A DNA stretch of 64,000 nucleotides from the human T2T-CHM13v2.0 reference genome, Homo sapiens, in NCBI RefSeq assembly GCF_009914755.1, contig NC_060938.1. One strand, 5' to 3'. Made by a program: the position numbers and the translations under genes. This document shows, piece by piece, positions 28,537-42,701 of the stretch (the stretch's first letter is position 1; each line of letters starts with the position of its first letter). The notes below the pieces were generated by a model. It had not been told where the DNA came from. It worked only from the letters and a program-made list of their open reading frames with translations, and ran no database searches.

Positions 28537-28954
28537 ACAATGAGAACACATGGACACAGGGAGGGGAACATCACACATTGGGGCCTGTCAGGGAGTAGGG
28601 GGCTAGGGAAGGGATAACATTAGGAGAAATACCTAATGAAGATGACAGGTTGATGGGTGCATCAAACCACCATGGCACATCTATACCTATGTAACAAACC
28701 TATGTGTTCTGCACATGTATCCCAGAACTTAAAATATATATATATAGAAAGAAATTCAAATGAGGCCCAAGAAAACTGTGAGAGGATCCAAGGAGCACAC
28801 TTTCCCAGCTAGCTTCCTGGGAGTTGAGTTCTGTGCATATGTCAACATTATCCATCGCTACAATATGTTAGATAATTGTCCTGCCACTCACTCATTCACT
28901 CATGCTTCCATTCCTTCATTCACTTGTTCATCCATGCTTCTATTCCTTCCTTTT

Positions 28955-29190
28955 TAGTGTGAGAAGACCAGACTGGTGTGGTACAAAGCCTGGCATGGAC
29001 TCCATCTCTGCTCCACCTCTTACTGTGTAATTTAGGAATTTCATGTCACTTCTCTGTACCTGCTTCTTCATAAGTAAAATAAGACACATGATAATACCTA
29101 ATTCAAATGATTTCATGATAATTAAGAAAGGTAAAGCAGCTAACATAATCCCTCATGCAAAGTCAGCATTAATAAATATTAAGTGTCATT
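28955..29190 (+). mobile_element. MIR SINE
   Basis: 'ctctgctccacctcttactgtgtaattt...cacttctctgtacctgcttcttcat...taataaatatt'. Confidence 0.7.
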
Positions 29191-30910
29191 ATCATTGTTG
29201 CCCTTTCAATCACAGATATCTCTGGGTGTCAAACACAGTGTTTTGTGCTGAAATATAAAGCATAGATAAGGTGGCTTTGACCCTCAAGGAGTGCACATTC
29301 TAGTGCATTCTAGTGAGAGAAACTGATTTACAAAGAAGAACTGACACATTGTGGAAAAGTCAATAACATGTCTCAAACATTTTCTATTGCCAGATACTTT
29401 TCTATACATGTCATGTGAAATATATGTTATTATTTCATGTATATATGTGAAATGTCATTTTGTATATTTCTTGTATACATATGTATGTATGATATATTAT
29501 ACATATTTCACAGGTATCAACAAATTTAATTCTCACTCCACAGGAAGACTCCAGAGGACTAAAAAAATCTCACTTTGACAGGTAAATCAATGAAGTCAAT
29601 GCATCTATAGAACTTTTTTTATTAGTTTGGTTTGTTTGAACCCATGACTGTTGTTTGCAAAACCTTTACAATTTTCAATTACAATTTTCAATTTTTTCCC
29701 ATCTTTAGTCATCTATTCCTCACAAGAACCCTGTAGGATGGAGGTGGTTGTTATTTTTATTTGCGCTTTGCAGGGAAAGACACTGAGGCATGAGGAGTGC
29801 AAGTAGCAAGTTCAAGGTTACTGGAGCTAACGCAGATCCTATGTATTAGGACCTCTTCATATCCACAACCATCACCTCCATCTTCCTCTGAGATGCAACC
29901 AGCTAGAAAGGCAGAGCCACACCTTCCTGGGTTCATAACAGTTATACTTGGCAGCAGACTGCTCATTCCTTTAACCTTTTCCAGCTTATGCAGTCCATTC
30001 TTTTCTTCCTATATTTAATCTGTTACTGTCTTTGCATTTCCATTGCTTTTCTTGCTGGAGCCCCCTACTGCATTCTCTGGTTGTTTCTGATCATTTTTCT
30101 CCAGATACTTTTGTTTGCATTATTTCCAAGCTGCATCTCATTTTTAACTCATAATTCTAGTTTTGATGAGTTCCCTGTATTATGCTTTTCACTTTGATCG
30201 TGCTCCCAGGCCATTATGATTTAGGATATTCTTGGCAAACCTCATTAACCTGCTCTCAATTAATTAATGGTCCTGCAGAATCAGACCACACCCTTCCCAC
30301 TTTGTACCCTGTGGACTAAACCCCTGGACAATTAGGCACCATCAATTTTATTACATTTAGGCTGTTTCTCAATGCACGTTATAGCTGGGTAACTGAGCTC
30401 ATCTGCATTCCTTTGGTGAGTGCCAGTTTCAAGAGATGGAAGTTCACGTGTTCCTCTGCTTCCTTCATCTGGTTTTACAAACCTATCAAAAGGGAACCAT
30501 TTCTCCCCCATAGCACACGTTATTATTTATAGGTCCAGACACACTGTTATTTTATGTTATGGTTCCGGATCTTTCAAATGTTTCCTGTATTCTTTGTTCT
30601 GTTGTTTCTCTTATTAGAAACTATCCTTTGATTTACTGCCTGGGATTGTTTTTCTTTTCTTGAACATTTACTAGCTGTCAGGCATCTGGTGCAAAGCCCT
30701 GTGTCTTCAAGGGCACAAGAAAGGGCAAGACCCTTGAGAAAGCAATTCTATGACAAAGAATATGGACAAACTGGCTTTCCCCATCTGACCACATGAATTT
30801 ACTAAACACTTACCAATACCAGTCAGTATGGTGCAGTGTCCATGTGCAGAATTACACTTTGTTTGTGTAACAGCCCAGCAGTCAAGATCCACCAATCCTC
30901 CCATTTAACC

Positions 30911-31157
30911 AAGACCGAGGTGGGTGGATCACCTGAGGTCAGGAGTTTGAGACCAGCCTGGCCAACAATACAAAAATTAGCTGGGTGTGGTGGCAGGTGC
31001 CCGTAACCCCAGCTACTCAGGAGGCTGAGGCAGAAGAATTGCTTGAACCTGGAAGGCAGAGGTGCAGTGAGCAGAGATGGCGCCATTGCCCTCCAGCCTG
31101 GCAACAAGAGCAAAACTCCGTCTCAAAAAAAGAAAAATAAAATAAAATAAAATAAAA

Positions 31158-31188
<31 letters not shown>
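30911..31188 (+). mobile_element. AluS (Sq/Sp/Sx-like), 5'-truncated with internal deletion; (AAAAT)n/(AAAT)n tail
   Basis: Begins about 45 nt into the left monomer; 'gccaaca|atacaaaaattag' lacks about 24 nt; 'ggcaacaagagcaaaactcc'. Confidence 0.9.
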
Positions 31189-31859
31189 GTGCTGAAGCCA
31201 GGACTTGAACTCAAGTCTAGTTCTAATGCACATGCATTCAGCTTTCAGATGCCTCCAGTCCCTGCTTCACCCTATTCAGATGCACAGAGATCTTGTGTTG
31301 CCCCTGAAGATACTCTCACTCAGCCTTCCCTCTGCAGAGATGGCTTTGACAGCCCCACACCTACAATCTCCAGCTTCTCTTCTGAGCTGTGCTCAGGTAA
31401 GGTATCCAATGCCCTTTGCATTAGGGACTCCACCAACACATCTCATGGGAGTTTTAAAGCTTAGCATATAGTAGATTAAATGGTCAAAACACTAGGATGG
31501 GAAGAGATTGAAACTGGACTTGAGACCATCCATCAGTCCAAGAGGCACTGCTTTTAGTTACGTGATCCTAGAACAACCTGCCTACTTTGGTCATTCTCAG
31601 ATTGGCTAAAACATATTTCTAATCTTGGTCGTCTATGCCATAAGCAGGGATGGTGGTGGCGGTAGGGATGTTAATGAGGGGAAGGTTGTGAATGTGCGTT
31701 GTGAACTCCAAAGTGTGGAAAATTGATTTTCACATGGTAAGCTCCAGTGCACAACGTCAGCATCCCTTTATTCAAAGCAATATTGAAATATAGTCATGGT
31801 TCCATGATGACCTGCAGATCTTCTTTACAGGTATTGTTGAATCCTAAAGCTCTAACTTT

Positions 31860-32230
31860 ATAATTTAAAGCCCTTGAGTAGGATATTCTCACTGGGATGT
31901 CCCTCTGGTGACTTGAACTTGACAAATCCAGAATGAATCCTCAGCTCCCCTCTCTGCTTTGTCGTCTTTAGTACCACCTGTCTCAAAAATGAGCATCATT
32001 ATCTGCCCAGACTGTGAGGTTAAAACCTTTTCCTCACTTCCCATGTGAGTCAAAAATTGTGTCTGGAAAATGCCTTTTAGACCCCTTCCCCCTTCTGTCC
32101 AAAGTTCACCCTCTTGGGTCAAGACTCTCATTTTTCACCTAGTCTCTTGATTTCCTGGCCTGCTGTCCTCCATCTACTGGTAACCCACTTGTGGTTTTTC
32201 TATACCTCAAATCAGTTACTGTCATCCTGT
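31860..32230 (+). mobile_element. L2 LINE fragment
   Basis: 'cactgggatgtcc...cttgaacttgacaaatccaga...gcatcattatctgcccag'. Confidence 0.6.
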
Positions 32231-34014
32231 TCCCCAGATCCATCCTTCATGCTCAGCCTCCCTCCAGAGAGATCCCAGGTTCTCCAACAGGGAGGCCCTT
32301 TCATTCCTGGTCCAGGCAGATCTAATATCCGGGCTTGTCTCAGGCAAATCCATGCCTGCCCCTTACTCCTCAGGAGCCTGAACTTCTCACCCTTCCTCAG
32401 CAGAGCGAGGAGCAGCCCTGCATACAATGCTTTTCCGTCTCCAAGGCTGCCCCACTTCCCTTGCTTAGGGAACTCTTCAGCATCCTCAGGATCCACTCAT
32501 GTGTCACCCTATGAATGACGTCTTCTATATCCCAAACTAGTCTTTCCTCTCTAGGTATTTTTTACCCCCACCACTTACATATTCATTCAAATTCTGTGCA
32601 TTCATTTATGAATATTCATTGAACCAGACCCGCAGAAAGTGCTGGATATAGAGGTGAGAGGCTATCCTTTAAAGGGCTCAGAGTATCAGTGGGGAGATGG
32701 GTGAGGTCACAAAGCCTGAGAGCACAACGTGAGAGGGGCATGTCCTACCTCCCCAGATTCTGGGTCTCTTCAGGTACAGCTCAGTCACCAGCCAAACCCT
32801 CTGAACTGTGTGCTATGTGATATTTATATACACTTTGCAAGCAACTCTGAAAAATCATGATGTAGTATATAGACAAGAAAGATGGCAGATTCTAGGGCCA
32901 GCTGGAAGGTGGGAGAGTTGGATGCCATGGGGAAAGTGGAATCCCTGAACCTGGACCTTTCTTGAGGAATTTGGTGAGCCCTGGACCTAGGGGCAACAGG
33001 ACACAATGGGCACACACTAACGTGGGCATCGGAGCCCTGTTTCTGGGCCCTGCGGGGTCCCATCATCAAGTGGTGACTCTTTGGCTTGAGGATACAATTA
33101 GATTTTGTCTTAGGCATTGTCCAGTGGCTTCTGCACTGTAAATATTTTATGACTCTCTCAAAACCTGTGTGATTAAAGAGTCATGTATGCAAACCCTTGA
33201 TCTTGGCTGAACAGCTTCTCCACTCCCTAATTCTTTCTGACAATGCTTTTAAATAATAATGCTTTCCAATTAAAAAATACTTTCCTTATCTCTTTTTTCA
33301 CTTTTGATTTGAAAAATATCTTAATTTTAGGTTCTTATTATCTATTTCTATTCTGTTTTCATCACAGAATAGTCAGATTCACAGCTCAGAAGTTGGGCTG
33401 TCCGCCTTTTTGATAGGTGGCCAATTGATGTTCTCATCCTAAGTCAGCTCTCTGGGTTGCCTTTTCCATACTTAGGGAGGTAGGATTGTTATTAGTAGCA
33501 GAAGCAGTGACTGCATTCATCTATTAACTTCTGAATAGCAGGAATGGTGTCCTTTTCTTCCAGAACACACCCCTAGTGCTGACTAAGAAAGGGTGAACTA
33601 CTGAACATATTAATAGAAGCCATTTAAATCTGCAACGTATATTAAGCATTTACATCTTTAAAATATTGTTTCCATTTATTTAATGTGAGACTGCTTATTT
33701 GTTTTCCTGCCTGGTGCTTAGCACTTAACAGGCAATCACTCATTCATTTTGCTTAACCACAAACCTATGTGCTGTTGTTATCTCCATGCTAGGGATGAGA
33801 AAACTGAGACTTAGAGAAATTAAATATTTTTCCTAAGGACCTTAAAACAAAAGTCTACTCTGTAGCCACTTCCTCCTCAGCTACCCCTTTGTTACCTTCC
33901 AGTTTGGATCCTGCCCCTATTGTTCTTATAAAACTGCTAGATGCAGGCTTCCCCGTGGCCTTTTGTTAGGAATTTGGTTTACCTGCTTGTCAAAGGAGAC
34001 AGAAGTTTGAGAAT

Positions 34015-34769
34015 GCATTAGCTTCCTAGGGCAGCCATAACAAAGTAGGTCATAAACTGGGTGGCTCAAAACAACAGCAATTTCCTCTCCCATAGTTCTA
34101 GAGGGTGGAAGTCAGAAGGCAAGGTCTTGGCAGGGCCATGCTTTCTCTCTTTACTTCCAGTTGTTACCAGATATCTTAGTCGTTTTTCTGTTGCTTGCAA
34201 CAGGATACCTGAAACTGGGTAATTTAAAAAGAAAAGGCATGTATTTCTTACAGTCACGGAGGCTGAGAAGTCCAAGGTCAGAGGGCCATATCTGCTCAGG
34301 GCCTTCTTGCTGCTGGGAACTCTGTAGAGTCTCATGGTAGCACAGGACATCACATGATGAGGAAGTGGAGCATGTTAGCCCAGGTATCTCTTCCTCCTAA
34401 TATAAAGCCACCCGTTCCCCTCCTATGATAATCCATTAACCCATTGATCCATCAATGGATTAATCCATTCATGAGGGCAGACCAATCACCTCTTCAAGGC
34501 TCTACCTCTCCATACTGCTACCTTGGGGATTACATTTCAACATGAGTTTTGGAGGAGACAAATCTTCACACCATAGCGTCATCAACCGTTGGTATTTCTT
34601 GGCTTGCCATTGCACAAATCTAATCTGTATCTCTATCTTCTAAATGTGTTCCCCTTCCTGTGTGTGTCTGCCTTCAAATTCCCTTCTTTCTATAAGAATA
34701 CAGTCATACTGAATTAGGGACCACTCTCATAACCCCATCTCAATGAGATTGTATTGGTCAACACCCTAA

Positions 34770-34773
<4 letters not shown>
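34015..34773 (-). mobile_element. MLT1C-like LTR, interrupted by an MST LTR and ending at the templated insertion
   Basis: 'cctagggcagccataacaaag...aaactgggtggctcaaaacaacag' at the left; resumes after 34578 'ttggtatttcttggcttg...cagtcatactgaattaggg...accctaatttc'. Confidence 0.8.
34172..34578 (-). mobile_element. MST-type MaLR LTR (MSTC/MSTB2-like) nested in MLT1C
   Basis: 'tatcttagtcgtttt...ctgggtaattt...ggattaatccattcatgagggcag...tttcaacatgagttttggagg...ccatagc'. Confidence 0.85.
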
Positions 34774-35598
<825 letters not shown>

Positions 35599-35682
35599 CT
35601 AATTTCACTTGGGGATAAGTACATTGTTAGTGAAGAGGTCACCTGTGTAGAAAGAGTTAGCAGCGCCCACACTACTCACATG

Positions 35683-35998
35683 TTTTGTTTGGTTTTTGTT
35701 TTTAAGAGATGGAGTCTCATTCTATGGCTCAGACTGGAGTGAAGTGGCATGATCATAGCTGAATGCAGCCTCAAACTTCTGGGCTTAAGTAGTCCTCCCA
35801 CCTAGATCTCCTGAGTAGCTGGGACACAGGCATGCACCACCATGACCAGCTAATTATTGTTGTATAATTTTTGTAGAGACAGAGGTCTTCTTTGTTGCCT
35901 AGGTTGCCTAGGTTGGTCTTGAACTCCTGGTTTCAAGCAATCCTCCCACCTCAGCCTCTCCACATGCTAGGATTACAGACATGAGCCACCATGCCCAA
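35683..35998 (-). mobile_element. AluJ
   Basis: Antisense J-type 'gatcatagct...gcagcctcaaacttctgggct'; internal 9-bp tandem TTGCCTAGG x2. Confidence 0.9.
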
Positions 35999-37102
35999 GA
36001 TTGCATCACTGCCACAAGACTGTCACTCCTCATGTTGATCAGCACACCACACTCCCTTATGGACACACGAGCCTGTGTCATAATGTCCCCTGTGGTCCAA
36101 AAGATTCTGCAATGAGGCTACATGTCCTAAACTGAATCACTGTGAGATTAAAAAGTCTAAGTTTCAAAAAGTTGTTTTGGATTTGTGTAAAATACTTGAA
36201 TTATGTCTCTTAACAACAGTAATGCTGAGATTGGCCCTTTGTGTTTCCTCGGTGCTAGGGTTCTGCTGCTCTTGGGACCCAGCCTGGTAGCATGACCCCC
36301 ACTTCCCCAGCTCCCGCAGTCCTCCCAGCCTGTGAGTCACCATCGATTCTTCCAGAGAGGAGTCACTCTCATCAAATTCGAAACCTCGTGACACTCTATA
36401 CCCAGCATCTGGCTCACCAATCATTTCCGGCTAGTGGGAAAGGTCCTGATGGTTCAAGGTTGAAATGTGATTTTAATAAAAATAATGCTAAAATGAGATT
36501 CGTGAGGAGTGCATTCTTTAGCTTATGGGAGTTGAGCAAATATTTGTGGCATCTAAATATTCGCAGCCTGACATCTGGAGACATGAACGCTTCCAAATCT
36601 CGTGGAGCAACTGATCTTGTTTTATTGCGCTGGCTCCCTCATTGCCATAGCCTTGACCTTGCCAGGTGGGGCAAGGGTGCAGAGAACGGTCCGCACTAAG
36701 GCCTGGCATGCGTCAGCAATGTGCTAGGTACACCACGGGCTTTGCCTCATTAAATTTCCAGGCATTTTTTCCCAAGAAAGCAGTAGTTCCTTTTTGCATG
36801 TGAGGAAATTGAGACTCAAAGACCTGGGTCACAGGTCAAAGTTCATACTGCTATTTGGTAGCCAAGAAGGAATTCAAATCCTGGTCCCAGCCTAAACTCT
36901 TTAATTTTTCCTATGAAACCGCATGTCTCTCTTTACATGCTTGCCTGTGCTTTTGATTACTTTGGGATATATTCTAGAAATGCTGAGCAGAACCACGAGG
37001 GAGGGGTTTAGGGTCAAGAAGCAGCTCACCAGCCACAAGCATCACTTTTCTCTGGGCTAGGACTAGATTCTGTAAGTAAATACCCAAGTGAAAGAGAACG
37101 CT

Positions 37103-38335
<1,233 letters not shown>

Positions 38336-38726
38336 ATATCTAATAAATTGGAAGCTTATAAAGACCATTGCAATAGGCCAAAGTGATTTTTCCAGCTCCA
38401 TTTCCTATCACTCGCCTCCCACCCTCAACCATGAACCTGGCACACCAGTTGCACAGCCTTGCTCCATTTTGAACACATTGTCACCCTCTTTGCCCCTTTG
38501 CTCTGCTTCCCCTGTCTGGAGTATCCTTAATCACTCTGTCTATCTACCTCACAAGTCTAGGCTCATTCTTCAAGGATAAGGGCTCAGACCATATCCTCCT
38601 AGAAGTCACTCCAGATCCCAGAACCCCACAATGTTAGTATGTTAACCATGGTTACATAAAGCATGCGTACGTTCCAGCATGATAGAAAAATCTGTGTACC
38701 TCTGTTTAAATTTAAATTTAAAAATT

Positions 38727-39040
38727 GGCCAGTCATGGTGGCTCACGCCTGTAATCCCAGCACTTTTGGACGCCAAGACAAGTGGATCACTTGAGTCCAG
38801 GAGTTCAAGACCAGCCTGGCCAACATGGTGAAACCCTGTCTTTACTAGAAATATAAAAATTAGCCAGATGTGGTGAGGCACACTTGCAATCTCAGCTACT
38901 TAGGAGACTGAGACATGAGAATCACTTGAACCTGGGAGGCGGAGGTTGCAGTGAGTCAAGATTGCGCCACTGCACTCCAGCCTGGATGATAGAGCGAGAC
39001 ACTGTCTCAAAATGAAAATAAAAATAAAAATAAAAATGAA
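38727..39040 (+). mobile_element. AluS (Sx/Sz-like)
   Basis: Full dimer, (AAAAAT)n tail, degenerate TSD TAAATT(T/G)AAAAA(T/G)T. Confidence 0.92.
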
Positions 39041-39944
39041 TAAATTGAAAAAGTATCAGAAAGAGATGATTGCTTTGATTAGGGTTAGATAACAAAAACA
39101 AGAGCAGTTAGTCAGTTAGAGGCACAGTGGAGGAGAATGTCCTGGGCCTATCTCAGAGAAGGATTCAGGAGCCACACACAGATGATGTGCCTCTGCCTGG
39201 GACCATTTGTGGCACCTTCCTGTACCCTGGGATAAATTGTTAGTAAAATCCTTGAAGTGAGAAAGTATTTAGGTTTATCTGTGGGGACACCAAAACAGGA
39301 GAAAGAAAGGAATTCTACATCCTGTTTTTCACATACCATGGGGGATGAAAGGAAGCCCAGGGAACCTCAGGTGGCTTACTGGGGAGAGGAGAAGCAAGTG
39401 GGCTGGATCCTTAGGCTGATGGGGATAAAGGAAAGACCATGGGGAAGGGATTGTGTGGACCAAGCAAGGAAAACAATCATGGTAATTGCAACTGCTTCTA
39501 ATACCAGAGATCACACACCTATCCTAGGTCATGCGCTAGGCTAGTTGTTTGATACATTTATCTCAGCTATTTATGACATACAGAACACAGATAAGAAAGT
39601 GAGGGTACAAGACTGGTAACTAACTTTCCCAGGGTCACACAGTCAACGTTATAAGTGGTAGTCAGACTTGGAGTTCTGAAGAACAATATTGAATATTATT
39701 GTGTGTTTTAGGAACCCAGCACATTTCCTAGCACATAGCAGGTCCGCAGTAAACACTTGCTGAATTTTGCCAGAGAAAAGAGAATAACCTACTATTCAAA
39801 AACATCTACAGGGCTTCTGAGGCCCTGAACAAAGTCTCTATTGAATGGGGGTCCTTCAGTCTTTATGACTCAAAATTCACTGTTGTTACTTTCTGTGTTC
39901 TTCAAATGACTATATCAAATTGGGTGTCAGCCTGGCTGAATGGC

Positions 39945-40175
39945 CAGGGCCCAGGCTCCCAAGTCAGACATACCTGGCTAGAATCCCAGCGCTGCCACCT
40001 AGTAGCTGTGGAGGATGTGGGCAAGTTCCTTCACCTTGCTGACCCTCGTTCCTTCATCTATAACACACAGCCTGTAAGGCCTCCCTCAGGGTTTGCTGTG
40101 AAGACTAATGATACGGTGCATGTGAAATGCCTGGTGACCAGCAGGCATCCTGTGACAGATGGCAGTTATTCCTAT
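39945..40175 (+). mobile_element. MIR SINE
   Basis: 'agtcagacatacctggctagaatcccagcgctgccacctagtagctgtg...gggcaagttccttcacct'. Confidence 0.8.
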
Positions 40176-40829
40176 TAGTGGTGTGGCTTCCTTGCTTGCT
40201 GGTGTCACTTCCTGGTGCCTGGAAGCCGACGGGAGTGCATGCCTTCCCACGTAGATCAAATGACCACTTTGGATGATTATAGGGTTTGGTGTGTGTGAGA
40301 GGTTGTTTTAAACAACCTCTCCACACTTGCCCTCTTGGCTACAACAGAAGTGAGTCAGAGGGGAGCATATGGAAGGTGGAAAGGAATCAGGGAGGGTCAG
40401 ATACCCCCAGGTACAAAGAACCACCTGGACAGGCTTCTTCACCCAGGTTCCCAGGTACAGGTGATAGATCTTGAGCCTGAGTAAGGGAATGGGGAGCTTG
40501 CTAGAAGAGTGTTCTCTAACCTGTAATTCACGGAACTTGGGGAGACACACTTTGGAACACTTTGTTAACACTTCATAATCTAGGCATTGACATTCTTTAA
40601 GGACAAATAAGAAAGTTTAAATGACAGTGGAGGTCAACACTGAGTTCCTGAAGACATAACCTGCTGGCTCCCAAGTGCCATCTCTCTTCTCCACTTTCCA
40701 CTGGAACATTGTTCTATCCCTCTCTACTATTCTACAATGAAAGAAAGCTGATAATCAATCATGGAGCACCCACATTACGTGAGGAGCTGGACTGGGAACT
40801 TACATAATACCGGCATCACTTCAACCCCT

Positions 40830-41045
40830 GCTAAATAATATCTCACACTTATTGAGCTCTTACCATGCGCCTATGACCTGTGTATATCTACATAATTTTT
40901 ATTTAATACTCACAATAAGCTTTTCAGTTAGGGACCTTCATTGTAGTCTTCATTTCAAAGGTGAGGAAGTTGAGGCTTAGTGATTTCTTAAGGTCAAAAG
41001 GTTAGAACTTAAAGAAGCCAGGATTTAAACCCAGGTCTGACCTGA
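40830..41045 (-). mobile_element. MIR SINE
   Basis: 'acttattgagctcttaccatgcgcc...gaggaagttgaggcttag...gccaggatttaaacccaggtctgac'. Confidence 0.8.
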
Positions 41046-42369
41046 GATGATGAAACACTGTGACCATTACAAGAAACCAATGGGGAAAAGCAGGGTTATT
41101 CTCACTTGGGTGAGGCAGAGCAAGGCAACCAAGAGCAAGTGCTTTTGGGTTGGAGACACCTGAATCCTCATCCAGGTGCAAGCAACTCCTTCCCAACTCT
41201 ATCATGGTAGCTAAGTACCTTCATTGCTCTGCAAGATGAGGGGAGAAGAGGGTTGGTGATGCTGGAGTGTCACTATGTGCACCAACATCCTGCAGGTCTG
41301 GCACATAGTAGACTCTGGCACATAGCTGTGACAGAGGACAGCATTCATTCTGATGTCTGAGTTCCAGTGGCTAGGAGGTGGGGTCCTGGGAGTGAAGCTG
41401 GAGCTCACTGATCCTGAAGCCTGTGCTCTTTCTACAGAGCAGCTTTGCCTCAACAGGCACATAAATGCACATCATGGCGAAATTCAGTTTAACCCTGGCG
41501 GGGGGTGGGGAGGGACTCCTGCTTTTGTGTTTCTCTCTCTCTCTCTCTCTCAGGATTGTGCACACTGGAGATATCGAAAGGTGTTGGGAGGAAATGTGGA
41601 GATGCTTTTGCCTCTCAAGGGAACCCAGTAGCACATATAGAGCTTTTGAGTAATTACAGAAAGACTGCTCCTTCCTCTGGACAGGCTCGGTTCCACGTGA
41701 GGATGCCCAGCATTGCAAGCAGAAAGTGGGCTAGATTCTGTCCACCACTTTCCCTTTGGCCAGGGGTTCATGTGTACAACTGAACACAGCAGCCATTGGT
41801 CTCCCCAAGCCCAATTTAAAGAGCAGGAAACTGAGGCCCAGCTAGGAACTGCCTTAGCCACCAAGTGGGTAGCACCAAGTGGACAGCACGATGAACCTTG
41901 GCTCTCAGCCTCTGCACTACCATCCCTGCTCTGCTCACAGGGTGATGAGGGGCTTTGGCCCAAGCATGTGTGAGTAGCTGCTGCTGCTTGGTGCTCTGCC
42001 CAGGACTCATGGGGTATCAAGGAAAGAGCACTCAATGGGAAGCCAGAGACCTACTCTACTGCCAACTAGCATGGGCCTTGTTCAAGCTACTCCACAGCTT
42101 TGATTAGTGGGCTTAATTAAATTGAATTAATAATACTTCCCTCAAAGCCTTGTCCTAAAATATACATGAGAAAACAGGGTGAAGCCCCCTAGCCCTAGAC
42201 TAGCACAATATGTATGAGTTGCACCAAGCCTCTGGAGAAAAGTCCAAGCCTCTTGGGCAGGAGATCAAATAGGAAAGGGTCTGTGACTTGAGTGAGACCT
42301 TAGGACACACACTGAACTTCTTGAGCCCAGGACACCTGTATCTCCAGTGCTGGCATCAAAATTGGCTCA

Positions 42370-42701
<332 letters not shown>

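Larger units (their letters stand above)
22214..28749 (+). mobile_element. Full-length LINE-1, L1PA7-like (possibly L1PA8), inactive
   Basis: 5'UTR 'caagatgtccgaaaaggaacagct', ORF1 and ORF2 remnants, 3' end 'gcacatgtatcccagaacttaaa'; 14-bp TSD AGAAATTCAAATGA at 22200-22213 and 28750-28763. Confidence 0.95.

Noticed and set aside
29296-29695. 10-bp (CATTCTAGTG x2) and 13-bp (TTACAATTTTCAA x2) micro-duplications
   Set aside because: Ordinary slippage products
39992-40005. CTCF-like motif (minus strand CTACTAGGTGGCAG) in a MIR
   Set aside because: Mismatch at a near-invariant core C and ordinary MIR-derived sequence; unsupported without ChIP data
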